A stretch of DNA of 64,000 bases from Anthoceros angustus (Eukaryota > Plantae > Anthocerotophyta): assembly GCA_010909165.1 (NCBI GenBank), contig MU008171.1, forward strand, positions 1,054,001-1,118,000, in the 5' to 3' direction. Below, one piece after another: positions 47,625 through 61,380 of this stretch; position 1 is the first letter of the stretch; the number at the start of each line of letters is the position of its first letter. Below the pieces are notes generated by a model. The model was not told the DNA's origin. It did not search any database and saw only the letters and a list, made by a program, of their open reading frames with translations. The translations under genes and the position numbers were made by a program.

Positions 47625-50162
47625 GTTTCTTGGAGCGGTTGGCCTGGAGAATTAGCACGCAGGAACCCCTAGCAAAGTAGCACTGCCACAGCGACAACCA
47701 CAGCACGGCGGTGAATTTCAGAGCTTTGGGACTGGCATCCTAGGCCGAGACTGACTCTCCCCACATACCCTGGAGAGAAAGGTTGACTCACAAGTACAGG
47801 TCGGGATGGGCGTGGACACCGACGCATAATCCAGCATGATCCGAGACGGATGAAAGCGGCCTTGCTGAGCTCCTGCCTCCAAAATGTTCCGCCGCCAGAG
47901 TGCGCAGGGTGCGGGTGTGGAGCTGGGCGAGCTGGCCAAGGCCGTGGGCACGCACATGTTCGCAGCAGCGACAGATTACACGGAGGAACGTTCGTCCAGA
48001 AGGCGGAGCGCAATCCCCTTCACGGCGCACCACAGCTGCTCCAGTTGGAGTCCCTGAGAGAGCAAGCACGCATCCGGGAGCTGCGTGGGCGAGCGGGATT
48101 CAAGACAGCACGAGAGGTGATCCGTCCGGGACGGCCACGGAAAACAATGAATCCACGGGACTGATAGGCTGGGCGAGGCCGGCATGTTGGCGACCCAATA
48201 ATGCGGCAAAGGGTGGCCCGGGGCTGGGCGCGCCTGCGCCTTCTCATGCGCCTGCGGCTGCGGCAGTCAAATCACATCTTCTGTCTTTCCCTTCCTCGTA
48301 GGTCGCCACTTGCGATCCCCACTTACGCACGCGGTCTCGTTGGCAGCTTCCACCGCGCAGCCCAGCTGCTGACACCATACTGTACTAGTAATCAGCATGG
48401 AAAGGGCGTGACGTAAACTCCAGTCAACCAACTCTATGTTAACCCTTGTAACGGAACGGTGTGAGGTAACATGAGGACGTACAGTACTCGCGGGAGGGCC
48501 CACGGCCGATTTTACTGCTCAACTCTTTACTGCACCACACAGATTCCAAATTTCCAAGCCAGGCACAGTTTCACATGCTGGAATCTCGTGCCTCGGGGAA
48601 GGGGGAACTGCGCGGTGGATCCAACTGCGTCCGTGAATCGGTCATAATGGGATGATGAGCTCATGGCCCTTGGCAGCAAACGCCGGGGCGGTCCCATGGC
48701 ACCTCCCAGACATGGAGTTCCCGGTTACCCGGTATCCCTTCTCTCTACAAACCCTAGGCTCCTCCGTACGTATGTCTCCGGCTCCTGTCCTCCCCGCTTC
48801 CGTGCCTTGCGATTCCTCTAGGTCTCCTTGCGCGTCTACAGTCTCTGCACCAACGCTTCGTTCGTGCCATCGTTTGCCCCATGCTGTGTACTTTTTGCTT
48901 CGATACAATAATACATTTCAAGTCTTCTCTTGGTTTTTCGATATTAAGGTTTTATTTACTTAATTTTTTCATCTTATTCAATTAATCAATTATTATATTA
49001 TGGTTCCGATAACCATATGCTAATGTGATTGTGTTATGTCTTATGCAGAACAATGATGGGATTAAGAAATATTGCAAGAGTTGGATATCTTCTCAAGAGA
49101 TACCAGCATTTGAAAAGCATGAAAGTCGAGGTCAATCGAGTGTACATCATGTATGACTAACAATGGGTTATGTCTAATGCATGTTCCTCCAGGATAGCTT
49201 CTATCTGGCAACACCAGATGCATGCAAATGTAGTTACCCCCGTAGGATTTTCTCCTTCGCCTCTTCTAAGATTTGCAACTTCGCCTTCACCTAGCAATGC
49301 ACAACAGGAGGATTTGGGTGACGAGGAGGAGGACGAGGGTGGCAACGTAGGGGAGGATATGGACGTTGGGACGTTGGGACTCTTCGAGGAGGAGGAATAG
49401 ACAATACTGGCCATGGGTACGAAGTGTGCAATTTAGGAGATTTTGCATTCCAGTTACAAAGAGAGGTACAACACGCTAAGCATGATGGTCGGTGCGTTTT
49501 GTTTAATATATTGTTACATATTGGTAGAGACTTGAGCATACTGTGCTGCTGAAATATTAGTTGGATGCTCTCAACATGCACATGCCACAAGTGGACAAAA
49601 ATATAGTGAAGGGTGATTGCATTAGTGCAGGTTATTGATGTTGCATTATCATGGCTGAGTGGGTATGATTGGGAAATTAATAAGATTCAATTGAGCCTGG
49701 GCAAGGGAGAAAAGTGGCCCAGGCTGGCCTTTGTGCAATACCTTTGTACCCTACGACAAACAAAAATTTAGAACGACTCCACCTCTTGTATTAACCGTCA
49801 ACCTCAAGTAAGAATCCTTGCGGTTTCCCTATTTTGTATTTTATACCATATTATGGCTGGAACTTCATTCGCAAATCCATATGAACATTTCAATTCAATA
49901 TTATGACAGAAATGCATTGTATTAATCAATATGTGGCTAAACAGGACAAGCAAATAACGATAAAAAATTAACATAAGGTATAATTACAAAAATACATACC
50001 CTGAAAGGAGCCTCTCTAAGCGAAACCCTAAACTCGAACCCTAAGAAACCACATTATATAAATATGCGGCTCACAATACAAAAATAAGTTAATAATTGAA
50101 ATAGAGTATAAGAAAGAAAATGACGGTAAACCATCACAATACTGGTAAACCAAAGCATATTA

Positions 50163-50508
50163 CCGTACCCCGAGGGGTGTTTCAACAGGATAATGCCGAA
50201 ATAATTATTTTTTGAAAAAATAAGGTTCAACATAAATATTTATATTTTTTAAAATTTCAACATTTACAAAAATAATTTTATCAAATTTCAACATTTATTA
50301 AAATACATAGGTATATATATAAAACTAATGGATATGTATAGACCTCCCTAAATAGGCCCTAATTTTCCACACAAACCCTAGTTTCCTTATTTTGGCATCA
50401 TAAACTCATAAATTTTTACCTATTCAACATTTTAAGTATAATATTTTCTGGATTTTCAACTTTTACTAATTTTAATTAATTAGCGCCGAATCACCCCTTG
50501 GGGTACGG
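50163..50508 (+). mobile_element. MITE copy 1 (Tc1/mariner-type, TA TSD)
   Basis: TIRs CCGTACCCCGAGGGGTG ... CACCCCTTGGGGTACGG, TA on both sides, AT-rich 346-bp body. Confidence 0.88.
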
Positions 50509-51140
50509 TAGTGAGAAACCCTAATAATAATTAAAAATAATTATTTATCATTACATTAAAAATTAGGATACAAATACACTATATAGATTACTATATGAGT
50601 ATGTGGCTCAAAAAATAAAATAAAATAAATAATGAAATAAAAAATAAAAAGGAATAATAAGAAAATAATAAAATAATAAAATAACCTCCCCAAGCCAAAA
50701 CCCTAAACTGCCACCCGCGAGGTCCAAAAAGTACGGAGCCGCCTACAATGTAGCACCGCTATTAAAAACTGGTTTTACACTCGGCCGCCCGGGCCTTTTG
50801 TAGGGGAATGGTTTGTAGAGATAGAAAGAGAGCGGCAACCGGGACCCCTCCCTGCAGGTTCCATCGCAAGGTGATCGCAAGGTTTCTATGCGGACTGAGC
50901 TATGTACTATCCATATAATAACAATAACAATAATGATAATTATGTTCACTTAGAGTGGAAGGATATCATAGGATTAAAAGAACTGAAAAGTGATAAAAAA
51001 AGAATATATATGTAAATCTTTTTAAACTAGAGAGACATCTTTCTTCGCTTTTCGCTCTCCCAAATAAATGTCACTTCATTCATGTTCTTGATTCCTATTC
51101 AGGCATCATAGCCTCACGGCTGCATACGCCTAATGATCTA

Positions 51141-51344
<204 letters not shown>

Positions 51345-51831
51345 TCAGAGAGACATTGAAAAGAAGTAATGCAAACAGAAGTGTAATTGAATCAATCAAT
51401 CAACAGCATCATAAAACGTTTGGAGACGAGAATAGAAAAAACCAATTGATCATCACGGAAAAAAACCACTTGACTAGCACGAGCAGCCTTTTTAAAAACC
51501 ACTTGACTAGTACGAGCAGCCTGAAAAAGGCTAGTTAGCCTATGCCCTCGCCGCTTTTAAGGCTCGCCGGCAGGGGAAGGGGCATTCACATTGGACGATA
51601 TCAAAGAGCATACATCTTCCCATCGGCTAAACGTATGGCACGCTATCCCAATGATTCGCCCGCAGGTTGCTTCTCTACGAAGGTGTTACCGGTGTTTTCG
51701 AGCTCTTTCACAGGCTGTGAAGCCTCGCCCTCCTCCCAGTTATATCTAACCCCACTTACACCACCATGGTGTCAATTCTATTTGGAGGTATGATAAATTA
51801 AAGGATATTTTTTTTGTGAAAAATATGTATA

Positions 51832-52178
51832 CCGTACCCCGTGGGATGATTTGGCATTAATTAATAAAAATTAATAAAAGTTAAAAATCCAAAAATTATT
51901 ATACTTAAAATACTGAATATGTGTTTAAACATTTATGAGTTTAAGATACAGAAAACAAGGAAAATAGGGTTTGTGTGAAAAATTAAGGCCTGGAGAGGTT
52001 TGTACATATCCATTAGTTCTATATAAATGCCTATGTATTTTAATAAATATTAAAATTTGTTAAAATTATTTTTTACAAATATTAAAATATTTAAAATATT
52101 TATATTTATATTGAACCTCAATTTTTCAAAAAATTATTATTTTGATATTATCCTGTTGAACCACCCCTCGGGGTACGG
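51832..52178 (-). mobile_element. MITE copy 2, inverted relative to copy 1
   Basis: Same TIRs and TA flanks. The internal sequence is a diverged reverse complement of copy 1. Confidence 0.88.
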
Positions 52179-52414
52179 TATACCCGTCACACTCACCGTA
52201 TGCCACGAGGAGAGGTGATTTCAGTGGAAAGGTCAAAAAAATCTACAAGATAAAAAAAAAGTGGAAGAAGTCGGTCCGGGGTTAACTTCTACTGCACCAC
52301 AAATACAGTACCTATTCCAATTCCCACAGTTTCACCAGAATCTGCGTGCCTCGAGAACAACAAAGTGGATCAAGGTGAGTCCGTGAATCTGTCATTGGAC
52401 AGTCCTGAACTGGT

Positions 52415-55400
52415 CTACGCCAGCATGAGGTGCTCACCCAGCAGGCTCAAGGCCCGTGCTACCAGAGATTTTGCGTTGGCGTTCTTTTCTACGCTCTGTA
52501 CGTCCAGTAAGCGATCGTACAGGTATTGGAGTGAGTCTCGGGAGAAGCCCTCCAGCCATCCAGCCTTGTGACGCTCCACGATGTCCACCAGCAGCTCCAC
52601 AGCTTCAACATGCACCTGCATCGGAGACCAGTTGCAGTCACGACTGCACTGCACTAGTCTGCACTGGACCCCCGCTTCCCGTTGGAAATCTATCATGCAA
52701 AGGTTACCTAGGTACCTGAGATACTTTGACGTTGCCGAGGCAGTCCAACACGGATGGCACCATCGTTTCTATCCACTGCATTCACGTTTTCGCCACCATC
52801 TTAGAAGGAAATCCCAAGGACCATTCTCTCAGCACAAGGTACTGGATGAATGAGCCACCTTACCTGTCCGGCTACATGGCTTGCGTCACTGGTTGGCCCA
52901 GCTGGATCTGAGCAACGGTGTTTCAGGAATGCCTTCGCAGCTGTCAGTGCACCGAGCTTCCCTGCAGGTACCAGCCACCCGATAAGGACCAACCTCAAAC
53001 CCAGGTCCGAAAATGATGACCCCCTCAGCAAGAGCATAACGTTGTACTGGGCACGTCCAGCTCTACCTTGCCACGGATGCCCAAGGCTAAGCGTTGCAAC
53101 AATGGCTTCACTTATGTTCTTCCCGTGCGCCCTGATGGTGGATGGTGCAGCCCCGGCGAGTCCCGCTGTAAGGCAGGCCCACACCTTCTCCACAGGCACA
53201 GAGGCCGTCTCTTTCACCTCATCTGCATAAGGATGAAGGTGTTAGTAGAGATCCTGTTACAGCCATTGCGCCATCAAAAAGCAATGTTGAACGACCTGAT
53301 GGCACAGCTGTTTCTGCATCTATCAAACTCTGTTTCCGCTCCGGAGGTTGCATACACGCCTCCAGCAATATAGGAGCCACCTGTTCGAATAAATCTTTGC
53401 CCTTGAAAGCTGTTAAGATCTGCGTATCAACGCACCGTAAGACACCATTCGCATGGTCTTCAAAGCCAACCAAACAGCGATAAGTCACTCCCATATACCT
53501 GTTCCAGACACCTGTATGCTGCATCTCGGAATGATGACTTTTTCCGTTTACACGCTGCACATACAGCAGTTACAATGCTCTCTGGGCTCACTGGACTCGA
53601 TGTTCCCGATGCAGCAGCTAACTGTGTGGGATAAGCCTTGCAAAGCCCTCCAATTGCATCTAGAACGGCCTCCTTACCCTGGATGTCTCACACATGTCAG
53701 TCACCTCCTCAACGAAACATATTCAGATATGGAAGCTGCATAAGCATAGATGACCAAGTCAGACGACTCTGACTCACATCCCAAAGGCGGCCCGGCAATT
53801 CCGCCAGTAGGTTTTCCAGAAGAATCTGTACATGAGGCTCAGCTGCTGAGCCCGCTAACTCCGCTAAGCTTGTAATTGCCTTTGTACTCTGCAACAGAAT
53901 TTGCCAACCAATTAACAAATATCTTGATCCAGAAAGTGCTTAACGTGCTTTGGCTTCACAAGTCCTTCCCTTCAGCTGATACGGCTGCTCCTACCTTTTG
54001 CTTTTGGGGCCATGACGACGAGCCAATGCCCGCAAGAAGATGAGGTACTATATCTACCATGTACAAGTGCAAAGCGACCGAAGCACTACTTGTGTTCTCC
54101 TCCCAAATCTCCTCAAAAATGTCGGCTATGGCCTTCTCGCCGTCAAATCTGTGTGAAACAAAAACATTAGACACAGTCTGCCGCGAAACGAGAAGAAAAC
54201 CAACCATTGCACCCGTACTAAGGGACCGCTCCTAGTACCTAGAAACAAATGCTGCAGGCAGCACTTCTGCATAATAACCCTTCAGTAGATCACTTGTTTG
54301 GTGTGATAGCTCTCTCAGCACGAGGGCACCAGCAAGCCTAGCATCCTTATCACCGGAGGAATTGTGTAGTGTGACTGCCTCCATCACCAGTTTTTGATAT
54401 TGTGGTTCTCCAGAGAACTTCGCCACTGCTCCACATGCAGCTGCAAATGCTTTCTTGCCTGCTGTACTTCGTTCTGCTTGTGTAGTAGGAAACAGAACCT
54501 TGAGCAATGCTGCAGTATGTGGCTTGATGTCCGCTCCCATTCGCTGTGAAAGCTGGCTGATAAACTTTGCCACACCAACTCTGTCACAATACAAGCCCTC
54601 AATTAGCACCCAACAAAACTCCAAGCCAAGCTGACATCCTAAGGTCCTTAGGCTCACTACCTTGAATTGAGACCCACACCCGTCCGGACTTGCTGTGTTA
54701 GGCGGGGAACCAGTGCATCTAGAGTCGGCACATCAACCTGTCGTAAGCATAGGTCGAGTGTGTTCCACATAGGAGTGTCTTTGGAAACAGCTATCCGTAC
54801 GTTCTCAAGCTTCTCTGTGCTTATCCCAACCCTTTCAGCATGCAACTGCGCAGAAGTGGTGAAGGAATTTCGTTCAGTACTTGGACTCTGTACAAGTTAA
54901 TGCCAACTGGACAACACATCAAAGGAAACAAGCTACATCTCTTGCACCGCTTCCAACTCATCAGGAAAAAAACTGGTACACCATCTTTGGTTGTATTCCA
55001 TCCAAGTCTGAATGCTAAGCAATTGCGAAATTCTGGTGAAAACTGACTATCAGATAACAACAGAAAGTGGAGACTGGTTGAATCTTTATTCAAGCTAAAA
55101 GAAAAGCAATGCCAAGGGGAGACCTCAAAACAAGCAACTCAGTTGAGAACCCAAACCTCAGCATAGTTAAGGCTCTGGTCCTCCAAGCTTGAGAGGCTCT
55201 CTAGCATGCATACCACCAAGTCTGGCATTTGTGGTCTGATGGCCTCTCCAGCCCCCTGCAATCCAAACAATCAGGTCTATGTTCTTGAACAGTCCAATCG
55301 AATAGACAACAGATCGCACATTATACACCACTGTACATGCCAGTTATTCAGGGACAGTCACAAGATACCGTGCACATACCTTCACCAATTTCATGATGGT

Positions 55401-58400
55401 CTGGATGGAAACCCGGCGCACTTCACTGACTGTGCTCATGATGCCTTTGGAGAGAAGGAATGGGAGAACAAGGGCCATAGTTGCCTTCGCATCAGCTTCA
55501 GCTGTAAGTGACGTGTCACAAAGTCGCAGAGTTAGCGAGCTAACGGACCGACAAAGGCTTTCACCAGCACTGCGAACTGTCTCCTTGATATCATCCACTG
55601 CTCGAAATGCCATTATCCAAATTCTTTCTAAGTATTGCCCAACCTGCATGGCACAACTGTTTAACTTAACAACTCAATGATGCGAGAAATACTAAAGCAT
55701 AGAAGCAGCTGAAACACAGAGCCGAGTGGCGAGTACCTCATGAAATCTGCGACCCTGTAGAACATCTGCAAGCGCCAGACATGCTGACTCCCGAGAGCGC
55801 CAGAGGCGAGAGCCTACTTGAACTAGCAGGTCCTCCAAAATTTTATCCAGATATTCATCAACGGTCTTCTTTGGTTCAGCAACAAGGGATCTCCATATAT
55901 GTCCCATGGCATCCTGAATTCTTTTGTTTGGATCATACTGATAACGAAACAACTTTGGCACCATTACAGGCAGATGAGGCTTTAATGCTTCTCCTGCCTG
56001 CTTTGCAATCTTAGCAAACCCAAATGCTGCGCCTCGTTTTGAATTCAGAGAAGCTTGATGATTTGCAAGATCCATGAACTTGTATATCAAATCAGGTTGC
56101 CCCATCTCATTAGCTATGTTACAAAGCTCCTTGTACGTGCCTATATTGCCACCACCTGGCTTTTCACCCATTGCTCCTTCTTCAAAGACTTCAGAATCTT
56201 CCATCAGCTGCAAGGTACACACCAAGACAAGGCTATTTATTTTGATCCAGTGAGAATTAACCAGAAAATAGCATGGTCATCAGCAAAAACCCCACTACCT
56301 TCACAGCACGCTTCTTCTTGGCTGTGCCAGACAGTGTGTTCACAAGAGCCAGCACAAGTTCCTCCTTGGTTGATGGATCACCAAGTTCATACACAATGCT
56401 CATACCCCTTGAGGCCATCTCTTGTGTGAGATCATTTGATTCACCAAGCAAATGGGAAAGCGCTTCCTGCAATCAGTCACAAGATAACTAGGGTTAGCAG
56501 CCTATGCTAGAACGAGCTTACACTAATGCTGCTCGTGATCTGCCAGTATCGCAGCACACTCAGGAACGCGTGACAGGAGTTTGCACTTAACCTGAATCTC
56601 TGGAAGTTTCGCTTGAAGTGTAGGATGGCGGCCACAATACGTGATAAGAGACACAAGCCATACAGAGCCTGCGCATCTTTCCTCTTTTCTACTACTGAAC
56701 AGCAGCTCCTCAAACAACTTCTTCATTATTTTCTCTTGTGCTGCTTCTCGACCATCTTCAAAATGCATTTCCAAGTCTCCTCCAGTTGCAAGCGAATCCC
56801 CAGAGAGAGAATTAGACGAGAAGGAGAGAGAAACGTAATTTGACTTCAGAATCTTGTCAGCAGATATTGGAACAGCGCCCCAGATGAATGAAAGAGCTTC
56901 TCCGACTGTGAAGAGAATATCCTCTGTCTGTACACGATGACAAGAATGAAAAGAAAGAGAAGGAAAAACACTTGAACAATCTGACAAGCAATAAGAATAA
57001 ACACGACCCATTTCCTCCACACAGGAGCAACCCACCATAGCAGCAAAACAGCCACATGGACTGGTACCTTGTTTCTACTCAGTGTGAATAGGGCAGTAAG
57101 AGCTGCAAGGGAAAGCTCCCGACTTGCATCACCCAAACAAAGATGTCCGTATGCAAGAGCTGCCTTCTGTACAACCTTCACCTCCTTTCCCGCGACGAGA
57201 TCAGCCAAGCGGCTGAGAACTAGAGATAAAGTTGGCGGACCTGTTTCGGCTGGGACTCCCGCATGGTTTTCAGTGACCTGGTCTTCTTTATGCAAAGATT
57301 CCTGGGATCTGGAGTCTGACAAATCTGCTCCAGATGCCGAAGAGGAGCTTCCAACAGAGCTCAAGTCTCCTGTGGGAAGGGGAAGAGGGCAACGCAACCC
57401 TATGTGACCAAGAGCCTCTGCTGCAGAACCAGCAAGAGCACTATTTCCAGAGTTCATCATTTCAGTGAGCGCAGAGATTGCTTCAACTATTACAGCTTGT
57501 GAAACCTGCAACCAAAGCCAGGGTTTGACTTCACTTAAGAAAGGTGTCCACTAGCACCTCTATCCAACAGTTAACCATGGTGCATGACATTAGACCAACT
57601 TACTTCCGGTATTCCTGTCATGCACTGAGCAAGTACGTAACCAGCGGCACATATAGCTCCATCCATCTCCTCAAACCTGCAAAACGTTTGGGCACTCACA
57701 TGATAGACCTTCACGACACCGAAAGAACTTTAGACCAGGTAAAACAGAACTTACCGGGCTTTTGCAGCTTTTGCAAATCTGGATGTCAGTTCCTCAATGA
57801 GGGTGACAGCCTCAACAGGTGCTAAGGCTCCTGTCGTAATGCCAAGCAGCCGACTCATAGCCTCCCTTGTACTTGAGTCTACATGTCCAAGGAACTGCTT
57901 TAACCAAGGCAAGCGATTGCGATAAAGCCCTGCTAGCACCTGGGTCCAAGAACACGAGACCAGTCACCAACAAAACTATCAGAGCTCATCTTTTTGACCT
58001 AGATTTGAATCAAAGAAACACTAAAGAATCTCGTCAAACCTTTGCATGATTGGCAGCAAGAGCAAGCAAACCACTGCTCGCAGCAGAATGTAGCTCCACA
58101 GTGCCATCAAATGCCATTCCATGCTCAAGCAACTTCCGGAAAGCACCCAATGCTGAGAAATTTTCATCGTCTTTTTTCGAAAATGAGTCTGCTGCAACAG
58201 ATTCTGCCTCCATCGTGCCTATCTCTTGTTCATAGCATTTTTGTACAAAAGATAACATAGCCGTGTAGACTTTTGAAGGAAATAACAGAACCCTTTCGTT
58301 TAGAATAGCTGATTCAGACCACACTCCTGGCTGTTGCTGACAAATGTACTGCATTATCGCTTTCAGAGTTGGATATTGCACAGCAGACTCCACATCAGCA

Positions 58401-61380
58401 TCAACTGAGTCCTGACCGGACTTCGAAGCCATCAGACCTTGTTGGGCCATTTCCCTGCAAAGAACAATGACAAATAACAGGTTCGTAATGACTCAAAAAG
58501 CGGCCAACGTGCCACCCCCTGTCCACAACTACCCGAATCATACCTGATGTCAAGCTTCACATCAGCAGCTCCAACCATGCATAGAAAGCGGCTTGGAGCA
58601 TGATCAAATGGGTAGAGTCGAGTTGCCCATGCAATAGCACAGAACCTTGCTTCACCCTCCTCCTACAAAAACCAATGTACTCCAATGAGGATCATATTCC
58701 TTCTGCAACACTAGGATCACACACAGCTCGTACTCACCGCCTTGCTGTTCTGCAGCAGCAGTGCGTCAATGTCACTCGCCACTTGCCCACTGCACCCCTG
58801 CAGCCATGCAAGACACAAAAGATCAGTTCTTTTCACATTTTCATATAGCCAACCAATGTCGTGAGAACTTCATAAACATGAACACAAGCAAAACCTTGTA
58901 TGCACCAGCAAGTGAAATGACAGCCTCCTGAACAGTTGACCGTACTGAAGAGGACTCCTTGTGTAAAGCATCAAATAGTCGAACTGCCATGTCACTGTTG
59001 ATGCTGCTCAACCGCAAAGCACAGAAAGTAAACATCTTCAATCTCACAAAAATCAAACATTGTCTGTTGAGATATCTGGCTAAAAACATGTCAGTCACCT
59101 AAAAAGGTGGGGTGCTCGTTTGGCAAGTTGTCCAATGGCTTGATAGGTAAAGGCCCTTAAGTTCCGTGTTGATGAATCTGCTGAAGGAAAATAAGAGTGG
59201 TGATTTTATCCAATATTGATACTTCCAACAGTCCGAGCACCCAAAACACATAATTGCAGTGCACCTAACGCACAAGGACCACAATTCATAAGATGATAAC
59301 CACGAGCATTGCGGACCTGCTTCGTTGGACCCTTCATGGAGTAGCTTGATCAACCCATTCAATATCAGAGGGGCCATGGGTTTCAGCTGATCATCTGCAG
59401 CCTGACAGCAAAAAGCAGTCAGGTTACAAGGTTCAGTGGTTTTTATTGAGCAACACCATCCCTACAAAAAAGATAGACATTCTGCATGACCCCTCTTAAG
59501 GAGGCTCTTACATGTTTGAATATCCATACAGCAAATTCCATGCCTGCCTGTTTCAACCGTGGTGTTGTTCCAGCTCCTGTAAAAGCTCACAAGCACACAG
59601 CTTTCCATTCAAATTCCAAGGATAGCAAACGTACGCACACAAAATAAGGCAACTCATTCATTTGTAACCATACTCACCATATATGCAATCGAAGACACAC
59701 TGCAAGGTTGAGGGGAAGACATTAGCAGCTTTTACAGAACGGGTGAACGTGGCCATGAGCCGAGCTTTTAGTGGTAAGCTCGCAGGAGACACCCTTTGTT
59801 CTTCTGCAGACACTGGACTATCTGGTGTGCCTGGAGAAAACGAGCAACAAAACCATAAGAAACAGAAAGCTAGGATTAGGCTGAAAGCAGAAAGCACCAA
59901 CTCAGCCATGAACAGACTTACCTTCAAATATGGAAAAGAGACGGCGTATTAGGTCCAAGTCTTCAAGATCAGCACCATTAGCCTTGCGTTTCAACAACTC
60001 TTCGCCTCTTTTTGCGATACGCTCATTACTGCACAGCACATTGCGGAGAACACACTAGTATAAAGATTAAAAGCCAGACCCCATTGTCCCTGAATACATG
60101 GGAGCTGACAACATGCTCCAGTTTCTGGATAAAATCAGGCCCACATGACAAGTGTGCACCTGTCCACAGAGGCTACAAGGAAAAGGGAATATAAAACATT
60201 TGCTCCCAGCTCTAGCTCTGCAACAACGTTGAGAAGACCCAACTATCACCAAGACAAACCTTCTGTCAAAACTGGCAGAAACAAACGTATCTTCTCAAAG
60301 GGCAGGTGTAGAATTCTGTGAAATCAGGAAAGAGGAGTTGGCAATCTGCACCTTCCGCAGCACAAGCTGGTCTCCTTTGAGAGGATGCTTTCCACATACT
60401 CTACTCGCTTGGGAGAGAGAGAGTCCTGCTGGTGCCACTCTACTTCTGATTCCAGAGAAATAGATCGACAAACTTATTTGCTAGACCTGGAACAACACAC
60501 TTGCTGTTGAGGGACATCCACTTACCCTTCTGGCGGAGGATGATACAGAAGGAAATGTAGGCAAAAGTCCAAAAACAAGACACGATCCTGGGCTGCCTGA
60601 ATGAAAGAGCACTTCTGCACGAATGCATCTGTGACTCGTTCTGAGGCGAATTTTTCAAAACCCTGCAAGTAGCCACGGCGTCATAACAAGCCAAGAGAAC
60701 GAATAGAGAAGGTACGACTAGAAATGTCATGGTCTTCATTATCATGGATAATTGAACAAGTGCTTGTAAATTAGCCACCTTTGCCGCCATCCTTAGAAGC
60801 ATTTCCTGGTGCTGGGCTGGCAGGGCGGCTGACCCAGATAGCAGTAAAGGAGCCGTTTCCGCTTGCTCCTGCCACGAGCAAAAAATCAATATTCTGTGGT
60901 GCCCAGCAGCCCGGACATCACGAGAATTGCAATTCATACCTCCCAGGTCGATCGATCAAATGCCATTTCCAAGTAGACCAAGGAGAAGCTTTTCACCATA
61001 GGAGCAGCTGTGGGGGTTCCATACAGTTTCAACAGCTCTGTCAAGGGCAATTTTATAGACGTCTGATCTTTGATACGCTTATTTATGTGCGTCAACATCT
61101 CCATCACCTGAACGTCAAGCCAAGCACACGTTACGCGACGACTCAGATGGATGAAAACAGGCCCCCATTCTCCATGCGATGTTCTCAATTGCCAGGTGCT
61201 TTCAGCTACCTTTTGCTTGGTGGGGTGATGAGTAGAGCCTAGACGTGCAATGGCAAGAGGCAACAACTTGGACAGGACTTTCTCGAGCTGTGAATCATCT
61301 GTGAGTGCCAATCTGGTCAGGAGTCGATCCAAGGCAGCCACCTCTCCCGGTCCATCTCCCGAGCTACTCGTTTGAGCCAT
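52415..61380 (-). CDS. ECM29: Proteasome adapter and scaffold protein ECM29
   Basis: LDRLLTRLALTDDSQLEKVLSKLLP, VMEMLTHINKRIK, TYKELCNIANEMGQPDLIYKFMDLANHQASLNSKRGAAFGF, LFRYQYDPN, WRSRESACLAL, WIMAFRAVDDIKETVR; many short introns. Confidence 0.95.
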
